The translations under genes and the position numbers were made by a program. Shown piece after piece: positions 18,833 through 28,391 of a DNA stretch of 54,002 bases (position 1 is its first letter; each line of letters starts with the position of its first letter). The stretch is from a virus (lineage: Duplodnaviria > Caudoviricetes): IMG/VR virus record IMGVR_UViG_3300018481_000027, positions 1-54,002 of that record. One strand, 5' to 3'. The notes under the pieces are model-generated. The model was not told the origin of the DNA and did no database searches. It was given only the letters and a program-made list of their open reading frames with translations.

Positions 18833-19093
18833 TCATGACTCCTCCACCTTGGTCAGCTTGGCCTCTCCACCCCACGAGGAGATGTAGAGATTCCTGAACT
18901 TCGAGAACTGAGCCCCAATCCATGTCCAGTAGTACTGGGTCCAGGATTGAGACCCACCTCCGTCGTAGGCGAGGTTTATGAACTCCACTCGCCAACGACA
19001 GGTGTGTTCGTTCTTCCTCATCGTCGCACCGCCCATGGTCCTAAGACCACCGTCGTGGACTGTGAGATCGAAGCTGCGAGTTCCGTTAGCCAT
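18833..19093 (-). CDS. hypothetical protein
   Basis: co-oriented ORF. Confidence 0.5.
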   Translation of the reverse strand: MANGTRSFDLTVHDGGLRTMGGATMRKNEHTCRWRVEFINLAYDGGGSQSWTQYYWTWIGAQFSKFRNLYISSWGGEAKLTKVEES

Positions 19094-19100
19094 ATCGGAA

Positions 19101-19286
19101 TCATGAGACGAGCTCCTCGAAGGCCTCGAACGTTAGTAGTACTCCCACCATCTTGCCGTGCCTCATGAGCACGAACTTCTCTTGTTCGCCGAGTTCGAGT
19201 CGCCGAATAAGACTGGGCAGTGTCCGTGAAACATCGCGAACACCGACCAATTCTTCGTTCTGCACTCGGATAGACGGGGGCGTCAT
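19101..19286 (-). CDS. Phd/YefM-like antitoxin domain protein (orphan)
   Basis: VGVRDVSRTLPSLIRRL...EKFVLMRHGKMVGVLLTFEAFEEL matches the Phd/YefM N-terminal pattern. Confidence 0.65.
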   Translation of the reverse strand: MTPPSIRVQNEELVGVRDVSRTLPSLIRRLELGEQEKFVLMRHGKMVGVLLTFEAFEELVS

Positions 19287-22200
19287 GTCACGAAGTCCTC
19301 AAAGCTACCGAACTGCTCAATCGCCTTGACGGCGTCTTCTCGTAGCTTCTCGAAATATGACGTATCGATTTGTAGGTCATCCTTCTCACCGAGCTCAATC
19401 GCAGCATCGGCTTCCATCCACAGATGACCCTTGGTACCGGCCACCGCGTAGTACTTGTCTTCGAAGACACGATATAGAGTGCCTCCGTCCTTCTCCACCG
19501 GCACGAAAAGGCCCGTTCGACCCACGTGGCGCATGTGCGCCGCATCGCCGTCGAGAACCCCCTTTACGGGCTTCTCAGGGCCTGTGTAGATGTACATGGT
19601 TCCCTTGATCACGCTGCGAGCTTCGCAGTAGTCGTCGAACCCGGGTTCCTCACCCGCGAACAACGTCTTGAACACGTAGGGATGCTGGAATTGCGCACCC
19701 ACCGTCGTCCACTGGATCTTGGGATAGGGCTCCTCCCACGGAACGGGATGGATCCCGGCCACGTAAACAGCGTCGTTGACCAGGCAGAACCGGTCGTACG
19801 TCGCCTCATGCTCGAAGTCATAGCCATACTTGGCTCCGAAATCGATGACGAACTGGATGATCTCCGACGTAGCATCGGGAATCTTCACGGAATCCGTCTT
19901 GATGTGAACGACCTTGACACCCTTCTCCCACAAGGCGTGCTTCAAGTCGATCATGAAGAGCGCGCCGCGCTTGGCGACGATGTTGTCCCGGTTGCGAATA
20001 TCCCGGAACGGGTTGTCGAACTTGGCAGAAGTGAGACCATAGACGATGTTGATCACGATCTTCAAGGCGTAGGCAAGCTGATCCGCACCTTCCAGGTCGT
20101 AACCTGTATGGGGGTCGCTCAAAAATGGTGTAAGACGTCCGTCCAGCATGGCTGCTGCGGCGTCGAAATCTTTACGCTTGATCGCAATACGAGCTTTGAT
20201 GAGGTCTTCAAACTTCTCCGTGTACGGACCGAAGGCGTTCAACTGGATGATCGACGTCGGATGCATCGACGCGACGTCCAGGACCGCAACGTTCTGGTAC
20301 ATACCAGGTTCGGCATAGACGTAGCCGCCCTCTCCCGGGTTCTCTCCCTTGTACTGACTCTTGCCCATCTCGAAGGTATACCCGGGAAACTCCTCCGAGA
20401 GATCGGTGTAGACGAACTGCTTGTGCGCCGTCTTGACCTTGTCGCCGAAGAGGATCTTGGCGGTGTGGTTCTGCGTGGTGTCGTTCACCGTGAGTCCTGA
20501 CAACTCAGCCAGGATCTGCCGTGCCACGTAGTCACCCTTGCGATCCTCAAACACGGCTTCGGTAGCGTTCACGTCGTTGGCGCAGTACTCCACGACACGC
20601 TCCCAGTCCTCTTCGGGCACATCCTGGTCCCACGGAATATCCAACTCCATGTGTAGGATGCCGAGATCTATCTCGAACTTCTTCAGCGATTGCTTCACCG
20701 AAGAGAGATCCCAAATATCGGCGTAGGACAGGTTGTAAGCCTGAGCGAAAGTAGCCGAGCGATTGCCCTCCACGATCTTGGCGCTCAGCTTGAACAGCTC
20801 GAGGGGTGTGGCGCCCATAGCTGCGGCGTAGAGAATATGGTTGTCGTAGCGGCGGTTGTAGAACCCCACCAGCTTCATCTTGAACAACTCCGCAACCTCG
20901 TGAGGCTTCGGGTTGATCATTCTCACCACGGTGTCTGACCCCTGGAACTTCCAGCAGATCACCAACAGATTGGGGTAGACCTCTACGTCGAAAAAGACAA
21001 GCCGTTCATCGGACACGTCCACCGAATGTTCTCCGGTAAACGCCTCCTCCTTGGTTTCCATCGCTTCCTTCGACGCCCACTTCATCTCCGTGACTACCTT
21101 CAGAGATATCGCTGCCTGGTTGGACGAGTTGTTGGCGAAGGCGACGATCTTGCTACGCAAGTCGGTCACGTCGTACTTGACGTCCGACTCATAGGCGTCG
21201 TCGAGGATCTTCTTGATGAAGTCGATCGACGGCTTGGTTCCTGGATGAATCTCCTTGCGGAGATTGCGTTGGATCAGTGCCCGCAGTCCTTGTTCGCTCT
21301 GAATCGTCTTGTCCTTGAGCATCTTGTCCTTTCGCTCTCGGAGCGGCAACCCCGAGCTGATCTTTGCCACGGGCACCCGGTTACAGCGCGACAACTTTCG
21401 TCGTAGCGCAGCATCACCAGAATATACCTTGACCTCGATGCCCTCGGCGAACACGGGCGCGAGTTCAGAGACGTCACCTTGGTACGTGTAGTGCAGATGA
21501 ATCCCTGAACCAGACTTGCTGATCTCAGCGTAAGTCGCGGGCCACTGAGAAGCAACTTCCAGGTTTCGTTCCAAAGCTTTGTGACCATTCTGGTCCTTCA
21601 GGTCGAAGTCGATCACCACGTGATTTTCTGGGACTTTTACGAAGTGAATTTTTCGCGAGTCAATATCTGACAGCGTCGTTTCGACTTTGGCCCACCTCTG
21701 CGTGGGCATACCTTCTGCGCTTGCCAGTTGTGCTGGCTGTCCCGCCAGGGCCTCATCCAGGATAGAGACCTTCTCTTCCATGACGAGAGAGAACACGGTC
21801 TTGTCATCCGTGGGCATCTTGAACTTCTCGGCCGTAAACCCCTTGTACACGCTGCGCACCGTTTCCCCGTCGACTTCGCCCCGGTCCCGGAACTCGTCGA
21901 AGTAGTTGCGCAGCTCTTCACGCATCTTGTATTGGGGCAGGGGACGTTCGATTCCGCTCTCGGCGCAGTACTCCCGATAGAGCAAATATGCCTGCTTCAA
22001 CGTGGTGTAGTCTTGAGACCGGAACACGTCGTAGTTGGCCTCGATGAAATTGAAGAAGACGTCGGTCTGCAACATCATCTCCAACGGGCGGTACGAGTTG
22101 TAGTAGTTCTTGCCCATCGACAAATATACCTCGAGGCAGTGGTGCGCTATGGCCCCGAGCTCGAAGCTGATCTGCGTCAGGAGGGTGTGGTAGTGCTTGG

Positions 22201-23119
22201 CCCCGAACTTGATTCCCGTGGGGTGAATATCGATCAAGCGACGAATGATGCCTGACTTGGCGTCAGAGATCCTTACTGGCTGGTTCGAGCCAATAAACAG
22301 CATCGCATCGATCCGAGAAGAATAGCTCGACTTGTACTTCTCGTTCATGACCATCTCTTCGTGGGCGATGATCGAATTCAGTCGAGCATTGTCCTCGATC
22401 CGGCTGAGGTCTCCGTCGTGCTGGATGGCCACCAAGGGATTGAATCTGAACACCTCCGTGGCGAAGGATGCGTTCGAACTCCCGAGCGCTTTCCCGTCGA
22501 AGGTTGTAGTATACCCCTCGAACAATGCTTGGATGATGTTCAAGATCGTACTCTTGCCCGTACCAGGCGGACCATAGAGCACGAAGAACTTCTGAATCTT
22601 CTTCGAGTCCCCGGAGACGATAGAGCCGATGGCCCATTCGATTTTGGCTCGTTCGGCCGGAGAGTACAACGTAGAGGTCAACTCGTCCCACGCCGAAATA
22701 TCCCCTTGACCGATAGCGTACGGAAGCTTCCGACTGGCGTAGTCTTTCTTCTTCACGTCCGTGTTGGCGAACACCAGCTTGTTGTCCAGCGGCTTGCTGT
22801 TGTCCGAGATTTGGTACATGAACTTCCGGAACTGTGACCACGAGAAGGAGCCGAACGACCGCATGGACTTTACGGTGTACTTCTGCCCAGTCTCCCGCTG
22901 TAGGCGATCTTTCTCCCGGTGTAGATCTTCGTCGACGAGTCGCTGTACGTCGTACTCATCTCGAGACCACAGTTCCTTCTCAGGATCCCAGATGGCGTAG
23001 AACTTTCCGCCCTGAACCATCAGATCCTCGGACCGCCCGACAACGAAATCAGGATATAGCTCTAGATGAGGATCCTCCTTGTTCTTCGATTCTTTCGCAA
23101 GGATCTGATAGAAATCCAT
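19283..23119 (-). CDS. fused replicase: SF3-like helicase, primase (PrimPol), 3'-5' exonuclease and family B DNA polymerase
   Basis: GPPGTGKS; VIDFD and SKSGSGIHLHY; FFDVEV and FYNRRYD; DVASMHP, KIVINIVYG, KTDS. Confidence 0.9.
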   Translation of the reverse strand: MDFYQILAKESKNKEDPHLELYPDFVVGRSEDLMVQGGKFYAIWDPEKELWSRDEYDVQRLVDEDLHREKDRLQRETGQKYTVKSMRSFGSFSWSQFRKFMYQISDNSKPLDNKLVFANTDVKKKDYASRKLPYAIGQGDISAWDELTSTLYSPAERAKIEWAIGSIVSGDSKKIQKFFVLYGPPGTGKSTILNIIQALFEGYTTTFDGKALGSSNASFATEVFRFNPLVAIQHDGDLSRIEDNARLNSIIAHEEMVMNEKYKSSYSSRIDAMLFIGSNQPVRISDAKSGIIRRLIDIHPTGIKFGAKHYHTLLTQISFELGAIAHHCLEVYLSMGKNYYNSYRPLEMMLQTDVFFNFIEANYDVFRSQDYTTLKQAYLLYREYCAESGIERPLPQYKMREELRNYFDEFRDRGEVDGETVRSVYKGFTAEKFKMPTDDKTVFSLVMEEKVSILDEALAGQPAQLASAEGMPTQRWAKVETTLSDIDSRKIHFVKVPENHVVIDFDLKDQNGHKALERNLEVASQWPATYAEISKSGSGIHLHYTYQGDVSELAPVFAEGIEVKVYSGDAALRRKLSRCNRVPVAKISSGLPLRERKDKMLKDKTIQSEQGLRALIQRNLRKEIHPGTKPSIDFIKKILDDAYESDVKYDVTDLRSKIVAFANNSSNQAAISLKVVTEMKWASKEAMETKEEAFTGEHSVDVSDERLVFFDVEVYPNLLVICWKFQGSDTVVRMINPKPHEVAELFKMKLVGFYNRRYDNHILYAAAMGATPLELFKLSAKIVEGNRSATFAQAYNLSYADIWDLSSVKQSLKKFEIDLGILHMELDIPWDQDVPEEDWERVVEYCANDVNATEAVFEDRKGDYVARQILAELSGLTVNDTTQNHTAKILFGDKVKTAHKQFVYTDLSEEFPGYTFEMGKSQYKGENPGEGGYVYAEPGMYQNVAVLDVASMHPTSIIQLNAFGPYTEKFEDLIKARIAIKRKDFDAAAAMLDGRLTPFLSDPHTGYDLEGADQLAYALKIVINIVYGLTSAKFDNPFRDIRNRDNIVAKRGALFMIDLKHALWEKGVKVVHIKTDSVKIPDATSEIIQFVIDFGAKYGYDFEHEATYDRFCLVNDAVYVAGIHPVPWEEPYPKIQWTTVGAQFQHPYVFKTLFAGEEPGFDDYCEARSVIKGTMYIYTGPEKPVKGVLDGDAAHMRHVGRTGLFVPVEKDGGTLYRVFEDKYYAVAGTKGHLWMEADAAIELGEKDDLQIDTSYFEKLREDAVKAIEQFGSFEDFVT

Positions 23120-23130
23120 TCCCCTCCTTT

Positions 23131-23364
23131 CTATTCGTGTGAAAGATCGACGTAGTCGAACACGTTGCGAGCCCGATGCGGCCTTTTACTCGGCTGTTCT
23201 CGAGCCCGCAACGTTCCCCACTTCTCGCGACGCTCTTCTTCCCGCTGGAGTCGGATCGGATCCGGCTTGGCTTCTGGCTGTTCCGCCTCTCTCGCCGCCT
23301 GAGCAGCAAGACGGCGGTTCTGAGCCTCGAGTAACTCGATAAATCGCTCAGTGCTGTTGTCCAT
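23131..23364 (-). CDS. hypothetical protein
   Basis: co-oriented ORF with RBS. Confidence 0.6.
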   Translation of the reverse strand: MDNSTERFIELLEAQNRRLAAQAAREAEQPEAKPDPIRLQREEERREKWGTLRAREQPSKRPHRARNVFDYVDLSHE

Positions 23365-23370
23365 TCTCCG

Positions 23371-23580
23371 TCACTCTTCATCGTCCGGGTTGTCGTCGCT
23401 GTAGTACCGGATCGGATCCCTTCCGGGATCGCGGTGAGCCGCCCGAGCCAAAGGGCAGTGCTTGCACAATGTCCACCACTCGCCTCGCGGTTCGAACGCG
23501 TGGTCAGTGATCTGGGACGGGGTGGTGTCGTGCAGGACTTCCTTCGGCCGAGCCGCCTTGGTTTCGTCTAGGCTCATCAT
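23371..23580 (-). CDS. hypothetical protein
   Basis: DHAF...CKHC...AH motif. Confidence 0.55.
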   Translation of the reverse strand: MMSLDETKAARPKEVLHDTTPSQITDHAFEPRGEWWTLCKHCPLARAAHRDPGRDPIRYYSDDNPDDEE

Positions 23581-23581
23581 C

Positions 23582-24127
23582 TCAGTGCCCCGGGTGGAGT
23601 TCTTCGATGTATGCGCTCATCTGATACCAGATTTCGATCCTTGTCTGATCTTCATCCGGCCAGGCCAGCGGGAAGAATCCGCCCGTACCGTCGGGCAAAT
23701 ATGTTCTGGCGATCACGTGATCCATGACCTCCTGAACCTTCCTTTGTTTCTGCCGCGTGAGTGGATCTGACATGCGATGAAACTCAAGATTTCTCAAGAG
23801 TTGCCAGGCCCATCCGGGCGCCTCTCCTCCTGCGTCGAACGCAAGACGCCGGGAGAGGGCGATGAGTACCTCAAGAAACGAACATGGTCCCAGATCGGAA
23901 AGAAGATCCGGTCGTCGACGGTGTTCTCGAGCAAACTCCACTCGTAGATCCAACCCGTCACCGATACGATTTCGATCCATCTCCAGAACCCACCCGAATT
24001 CTCTCTCGAACATGAGACCAATCAGGTCCCAGTACGATTTACCTTGGGTGGAATGCTCATCTCGGAGCTGAGGCTCTAGCCACCGAAGGTAATCCTCCGG
24101 GAGGTTTAGGCTAGGCCTCCGGGTCAT
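23582..24127 (-). CDS. conserved phage hypothetical protein
   Basis: YLRWL, DRNR..DGLDLR, CSFLEVLIAL, GGFFPL, EIWYQM. Confidence 0.8.
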   Translation of the reverse strand: MTRRPSLNLPEDYLRWLEPQLRDEHSTQGKSYWDLIGLMFEREFGWVLEMDRNRIGDGLDLRVEFAREHRRRPDLLSDLGPCSFLEVLIALSRRLAFDAGGEAPGWAWQLLRNLEFHRMSDPLTRQKQRKVQEVMDHVIARTYLPDGTGGFFPLAWPDEDQTRIEIWYQMSAYIEELHPGH

Positions 24128-24965
24128 CCCGCTCCCTCGCTCGCATACGTTCGAGGTTCCCACGGTCGTAGGACTCGTGGGAGAACCCGTGCACCTCTTC
24201 CGCGAAATGGTTCGGAGACTTCACCACTTCGTAGACGAGCTCGAGCTGGTCGTTGCGCACGTAGACGACGGAGGCGTCTCCGGAACCGTGACCAAACCGA
24301 TTCAGGTTGGCTTCGCCGATCAGTCGTTCGCGATCCGCCTCGTCGAGGGGCTCGTCACGATCGGTGCACAGTACGTCGTCACCCTCGTAGTAGGTGAGAG
24401 TGGCCTCCGTGTACTCCATCTCGTGTAGCTCATCCTGGTGGATGACGTACGGAATATCCGGCGACCTCTTGCGCCGTTCCTCATGCCAGTCCCACTCGTG
24501 GGTGACTTGGGCTTCCTCGAAGATGTTCTTCGTCTTCGGTTCGTCCTTCTCGACCTTCTCATCCTCCGCCACGTCGGCCGGAGGCTGAACCGCCATCGGC
24601 GGCCTGATGTGGGTTCGAGCGTCAGGTGAGGAATATCCCCGGTCCTTGACGATCTCCTCGACCGGCTTCTTCGCGTACTCGGCTTCGAGTGCCACGCCTT
24701 TGGCTCGGTAGTGCTCACGCATCTCAGCGACTTCGGCGTCGGCGATCTGAGAGTACTTCGTCTCCGCCTTGCGGTAGGCGATGACGAAGCCAGCCAGAGC
24801 TCCGGCCGTCGCTCCGATCGCAACGCCGAGAAGACCGTACTGGATCTTCACCTTGCTCATTTGCCGAGCGAACTCAGCAAAATCGATGGCCTGTTCGGCA
24901 ACCTCTTCGGCAATATCAGCCACGACTTCCTGTGCGGTTTCGACCGCCTTCTCCGAGGCGCTCAC
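24111..24965 (-). CDS. membrane-anchored conserved phage protein
   Basis: TM helix; PYVI, LTYY.GDDVL, VYVRN motifs. Confidence 0.8.
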   Translation of the reverse strand: MSASEKAVETAQEVVADIAEEVAEQAIDFAEFARQMSKVKIQYGLLGVAIGATAGALAGFVIAYRKAETKYSQIADAEVAEMREHYRAKGVALEAEYAKKPVEEIVKDRGYSSPDARTHIRPPMAVQPPADVAEDEKVEKDEPKTKNIFEEAQVTHEWDWHEERRKRSPDIPYVIHQDELHEMEYTEATLTYYEGDDVLCTDRDEPLDEADRERLIGEANLNRFGHGSGDASVVYVRNDQLELVYEVVKSPNHFAEEVHGFSHESYDRGNLERMRARERDDPEA

Positions 24966-25909
24966 GAGTTCCGCTCCACCGACTCGTCGATGAGATCCCA
25001 GATGGGGCCGTCGACGTTGAAGTCGAGCATGATGCCGCCCTCGCGCCCTCCGTAGAACTCAAGCGGTACGCCTTCGTACTGCTCCCAGCACCCGAAGTCG
25101 ACGTAGTTGTCGCCTTCGCCGTCGCGCTTGTAGACCCAGCCGACGATGGCCCCCGCCGAGGTGTGCGACAGACCGAGCATGCCGTAGACCTCGTTGAGGA
25201 AAATATGCCCACGATAGTGAAGCATGTCGTTGGCATTGTTCTGCTGCTGGCGCAGGAACCGCCAGTTGTTCGCCGCGAAGGCCGGAGAATTCCAGTTGCG
25301 GTTCTCCTCGTCGAACCAACGGGCGTAGCCCGACGGCGCACCCGGCGCCACAATCGTCGTGTCGTAGGCCTTGCCCGTCTCCTCGTCGATGACCGTGACG
25401 TCCTCGGTCTCGAAGCGGAGTTCGCGATCCGTCTGCTCGCCGTATCGATCGACGACCCGGGCTCGGTACTCCCGGAATGCCGTGTCAATGGCGATATACG
25501 CCGCGGTCAGCGCCGCGTTTCGTTGCATGAGGATCTTGTGCGACTTGGTCAGGCAGAGGATGCCGACGCCACCGGTGATGATCGCCGGAGCGTAGAGCTT
25601 GACGACCTTCCAAGCCCCGCGGATGAGGATGACCGTGGTGTCCTGCCGGGCCTCGTCATCGGAATATGTGATGCCCTCAGGCACCTCTCCGGAGTCGACC
25701 TGCTCCTTGATGCGAGCCTGCTCGCGCTTGTCGTGCTCGATCGCGTCGACCACGCCTTCCAGCTTGAGGGTGGCGCGGCAAGCCAGGACGGTGGACCCCA
25801 CCATGCTCACCACACCCACGCCGAACAGAATCGACGGTGAGTTCTTACGGGCAAGCAGAGCTTGCTGCGCGATCGTTCGACTGACCGCGCTTGGAACGAA
25901 TCTCATCAA
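24962..25909 (-). CDS. DUF6353-like membrane-associated phage protein, paralog A
   Basis: SPSIL.GVG, RNAALTAAY, YARWFDE, FLNEVY..LG, LDFNVDG. Confidence 0.75.
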   Translation of the reverse strand: MMRFVPSAVSRTIAQQALLARKNSPSILFGVGVVSMVGSTVLACRATLKLEGVVDAIEHDKREQARIKEQVDSGEVPEGITYSDDEARQDTTVILIRGAWKVVKLYAPAIITGGVGILCLTKSHKILMQRNAALTAAYIAIDTAFREYRARVVDRYGEQTDRELRFETEDVTVIDEETGKAYDTTIVAPGAPSGYARWFDEENRNWNSPAFAANNWRFLRQQQNNANDMLHYRGHIFLNEVYGMLGLSHTSAGAIVGWVYKRDGEGDNYVDFGCWEQYEGVPLEFYGGREGGIMLDFNVDGPIWDLIDESVERNS

Positions 25910-26078
25910 CTCTCCTTACTGAGGTTCAAGGTTTTCGCGCCCGATCTCTTCATTCGTGAGGAGCGCGTTGCAGTTGGTGCACTGCGAGCGGAACTTACCC
26001 ACTCGAGAATATCCCTTGGTGCTGGCACACTCGGGACATGGGATCGGCCGTGCTTGCCGTTCCTCTTCAGGACTCGGG

Positions 26079-26267
26079 TCAGAAGGGGATGTCATCGTCA
26101 GACTTCTCCTCTTTCTTCTTGTCCTTGGCTTCTTCTTCGGCCTTCTTTCGTTCCCGAAAGAATATGGCCATGACTTGATCATCAGCCATTCTTCGGACTC
26201 TCCTTCTCCACCTAGCGCCCTTGTAGAGGTCGCTCACTTCTTGACGCATGACTTCCATGTTGGCCAT
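26079..26267 (-). CDS. hypothetical protein
   Basis: Y..A.W..RV..M.D.QV.AI motif. Confidence 0.6.
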   Translation of the reverse strand: MANMEVMRQEVSDLYKGARWRRRVRRMADDQVMAIFFRERKKAEEEAKDKKKEEKSDDDIPF

Positions 26268-26451
26268 CACGTCCTCTCCCTTAGATGGGAATGACGGCTG
26301 CAATAGACTGGCCCAGAATATGGGTAAGCCCATCGCGCGACGATGTTTGAGCATCCTTCCGGAGCTTCGCAGTTACGAAACGGATCCGGCTTAGGTACCA
26401 ACCGAGGATTACGGCGCTCCATAAGGCTGGGGCGCTCTCTCGGCTTCTTGG

Positions 26452-27096
26452 TCATCGTTGATCGATTGGTTCTGGGGCTGGGAGATCCAGCAAATATCCC
26501 CGACCTCGCATTGTGACGATTCTCGCCCCCCGCAAGGAAGTCCAACCCCACTTGTGATCGACATGACTGCTCTGAATGCCGGTGAGCTCATAGAGCACTG
26601 CGACCGACACCCGCCCATAGCGAGAAAGCTCGTCGTAGAGAATCTCGAGAACCTCTTCGGCCTCTTGGCGATTTACGATCACGATTTCGCCGAAATCATG
26701 ACGTGCTCGAGAACGCTGGGACAGCGAACGAGACGTGGTCGGCTTGCCCGTGCTGATCGCAGAGTAATTCACCTGAGGGCCCTGATTTTGACCAGGATAT
26801 CCCGGAGGACGTCCACCTCGTTGAATGCGCGAATCGCCGAAGATCAGCTTCTGCATGCCCTCGTGGAACGCTTCGAAGAGCATTTCCCGAATCGTCGGAA
26901 CGAAGACGTCGGTCACCACGTACTCGGCTGCCCCACGAGCCGTGCCACCGATGAACGTCTCCTTGACCTTCTGACCAAGTCCGCGCTTTCGCACCTTGGC
27001 TTCGGTGGAAGTGATCTGCTCCCGCCGCTTGGGTTCACCCGGCGGTTCGTCAGATCCTTGCTGCGTCCTTCGACTGTTGCCGGGGAAATCGTGCAT
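26452..27096 (-). CDS. conserved phage hypothetical protein
   Basis: YG.VSVA.LYEL.G, KWGWTSL, GYLLDLP.P. Confidence 0.8.
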   Translation of the reverse strand: MHDFPGNSRRTQQGSDEPPGEPKRREQITSTEAKVRKRGLGQKVKETFIGGTARGAAEYVVTDVFVPTIREMLFEAFHEGMQKLIFGDSRIQRGGRPPGYPGQNQGPQVNYSAISTGKPTTSRSLSQRSRARHDFGEIVIVNRQEAEEVLEILYDELSRYGRVSVAVLYELTGIQSSHVDHKWGWTSLRGARIVTMRGRGYLLDLPAPEPIDQR

Positions 27097-27198
27097 ATAA
27101 ATCCTCGAATTTTGGGTTGGGCAAAAATGAAAGGAGATGATCTTTTCCGAGTTCATCAGTCGGCGACCCCTGGCGGGGTCCTTATCTGGTATCCTTTC

Positions 27199-27224
27199 AC
27201 TATAAGGCGTGGATTCCGCGCGAA
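27199..27224 (-). promoter_or_regulatory. phage promoter motif
   Basis: TTCGCG-N14-TATAGT, abutting a terminator. Confidence 0.8.
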
Positions 27225-27264
27225 AAAAGAGAAGCCGTGTTAGGGCTTCCCTTTCGAGGCGGAA

Positions 27265-27420
27265 CTACTTGGATTGCGCGATACGACGGGCAACTTCCTG
27301 CTTCCAGGCCAGCGAGTTCATGAACTTGCTCCCGGCGGTCAGCAGTCCAGCTGCGACGGCGAGGGCAAGAACAGGATTCTCTTCGGCCTGCTTCTTCAGG
27401 TTGTTGAGGAACTCGTTCAT
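27265..27420 (-). CDS. cassette gene, 51-aa membrane protein
   Basis: translated by hand (MNEFLNNLKKQAEENPVLALAVAAGLL...); RBS AAGGAG; own promoter and terminator. Confidence 0.75.
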   Translation of the reverse strand: MNEFLNNLKKQAEENPVLALAVAAGLLTAGSKFMNSLAWKQEVARRIAQSK

Positions 27421-27446
27421 GGGTCTCCTTAGATTGGTTCTTTCTC

Positions 27447-27472
27447 ATTACATGACGTGTTTTACGCGCGAA
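27447..27472 (-). promoter_or_regulatory. phage promoter motif
   Basis: TTCGCG-N14-TGTAAT. Confidence 0.8.
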
Positions 27473-27507
27473 AAAGAGAAGCCGTGTTATGGGCTTCTCT
27501 TCCGAGA

Positions 27508-27834
27508 TTAGTCCTTCTTCTCGTCAGTCTCTTCAGCGGCCTTCTTGGCTGCGCGATTGGTCTTGTAGTTCTCGTAGCGCTTGGCGGCGTAGTCGAAACT
27601 TGCATCGACGAGCTTGTCCGTATAGGGCTGGGCATTCGCCGCAACTCCCCAGCCAACCATCGGGGATCCGACCTTGACGATCATGTCGTCCTTGTCGAAA
27701 CCGGTGTAGTTGGTGGCGAGGTTTGCGGTAATTACCGTAACCTTGTACGAAACAAGTCCGAAGACAAGCTTCTTCACGGCGTTGCGCGCGGTGAACTGCG
27801 ACTCGTTGTCGTCAGTCTTTTCGGGCTGGGTCAT
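27508..27834 (-). CDS. cassette gene, hypothetical protein
   Basis: between promoter 27870-27895 and a terminator at about 27471-27500. Confidence 0.8.
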   Translation of the reverse strand: MTQPEKTDDNESQFTARNAVKKLVFGLVSYKVTVITANLATNYTGFDKDDMIVKVGSPMVGWGVAANAQPYTDKLVDASFDYAAKRYENYKTNRAAKKAAEETDEKKD

Positions 27835-27869
27835 GAAAATACTTCCTTTCAGAGGGGTTTGTAGGTCTC

Positions 27870-27895
27870 ATTATACAGCGTGAAATATGCGCGAA
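27870..27895 (-). promoter_or_regulatory. phage promoter motif
   Basis: TTCGCG-N14-TATAAT. Confidence 0.8.
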
Positions 27896-27904
27896 CCGCG
27901 TGTC

Positions 27905-28385
27905 AAACCATCCCACCGTTCGCACTCTACTGGCGCCGTCGCAGGAGACTAAAGCCGGTCTTTCGTAGAGCAAATCATCAAGAGGGCGCAATGCGGGGAA
28001 CCTTGAGCCAGGCTCCCCAATTTAGCTGTCATTTGAGATCGAGCGTGTTCGCTGGCGGGGAGGTTTCATGACCCCACGAAGACGCAGATCCCCTCTTGGT
28101 GCGTGTAAATATGGTCCCGATGATCGCTCTGAGTTATGCATACGCGATTGAACACTCAGATAAAGTCAAGGACTCCGTCGTTACGAACCTTGACCCACGA
28201 CCATCGGGCTGAGACCCACCCCATCCTTTACCAGGAAGGCTTTGGGTCCTAAAGAAGATAGACTTGAGTGGACGCGTACGGACGATTCCTCCCAGGCGCC
28301 TGACGGCTGCACCCAGATCGTGCCATTTGCTGTCGTTGACTACTACCGAGCGCATTAGCCGCTGGTATCCACTCAGGTTGACCCT
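27905..28385 (-). ncRNA. large structured non-coding region
   Basis: nested inverted repeats; no credible ORF. Confidence 0.5.
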
Positions 28386-28391
28386 ATCTCT

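Noticed and set aside
14210-28385. tRNA or tmRNA genes in the two non-coding regions
   Set aside because: No cloverleaf with a T-loop GTTCRA and acceptor stem was recognised; needs tRNAscan/ARAGORN
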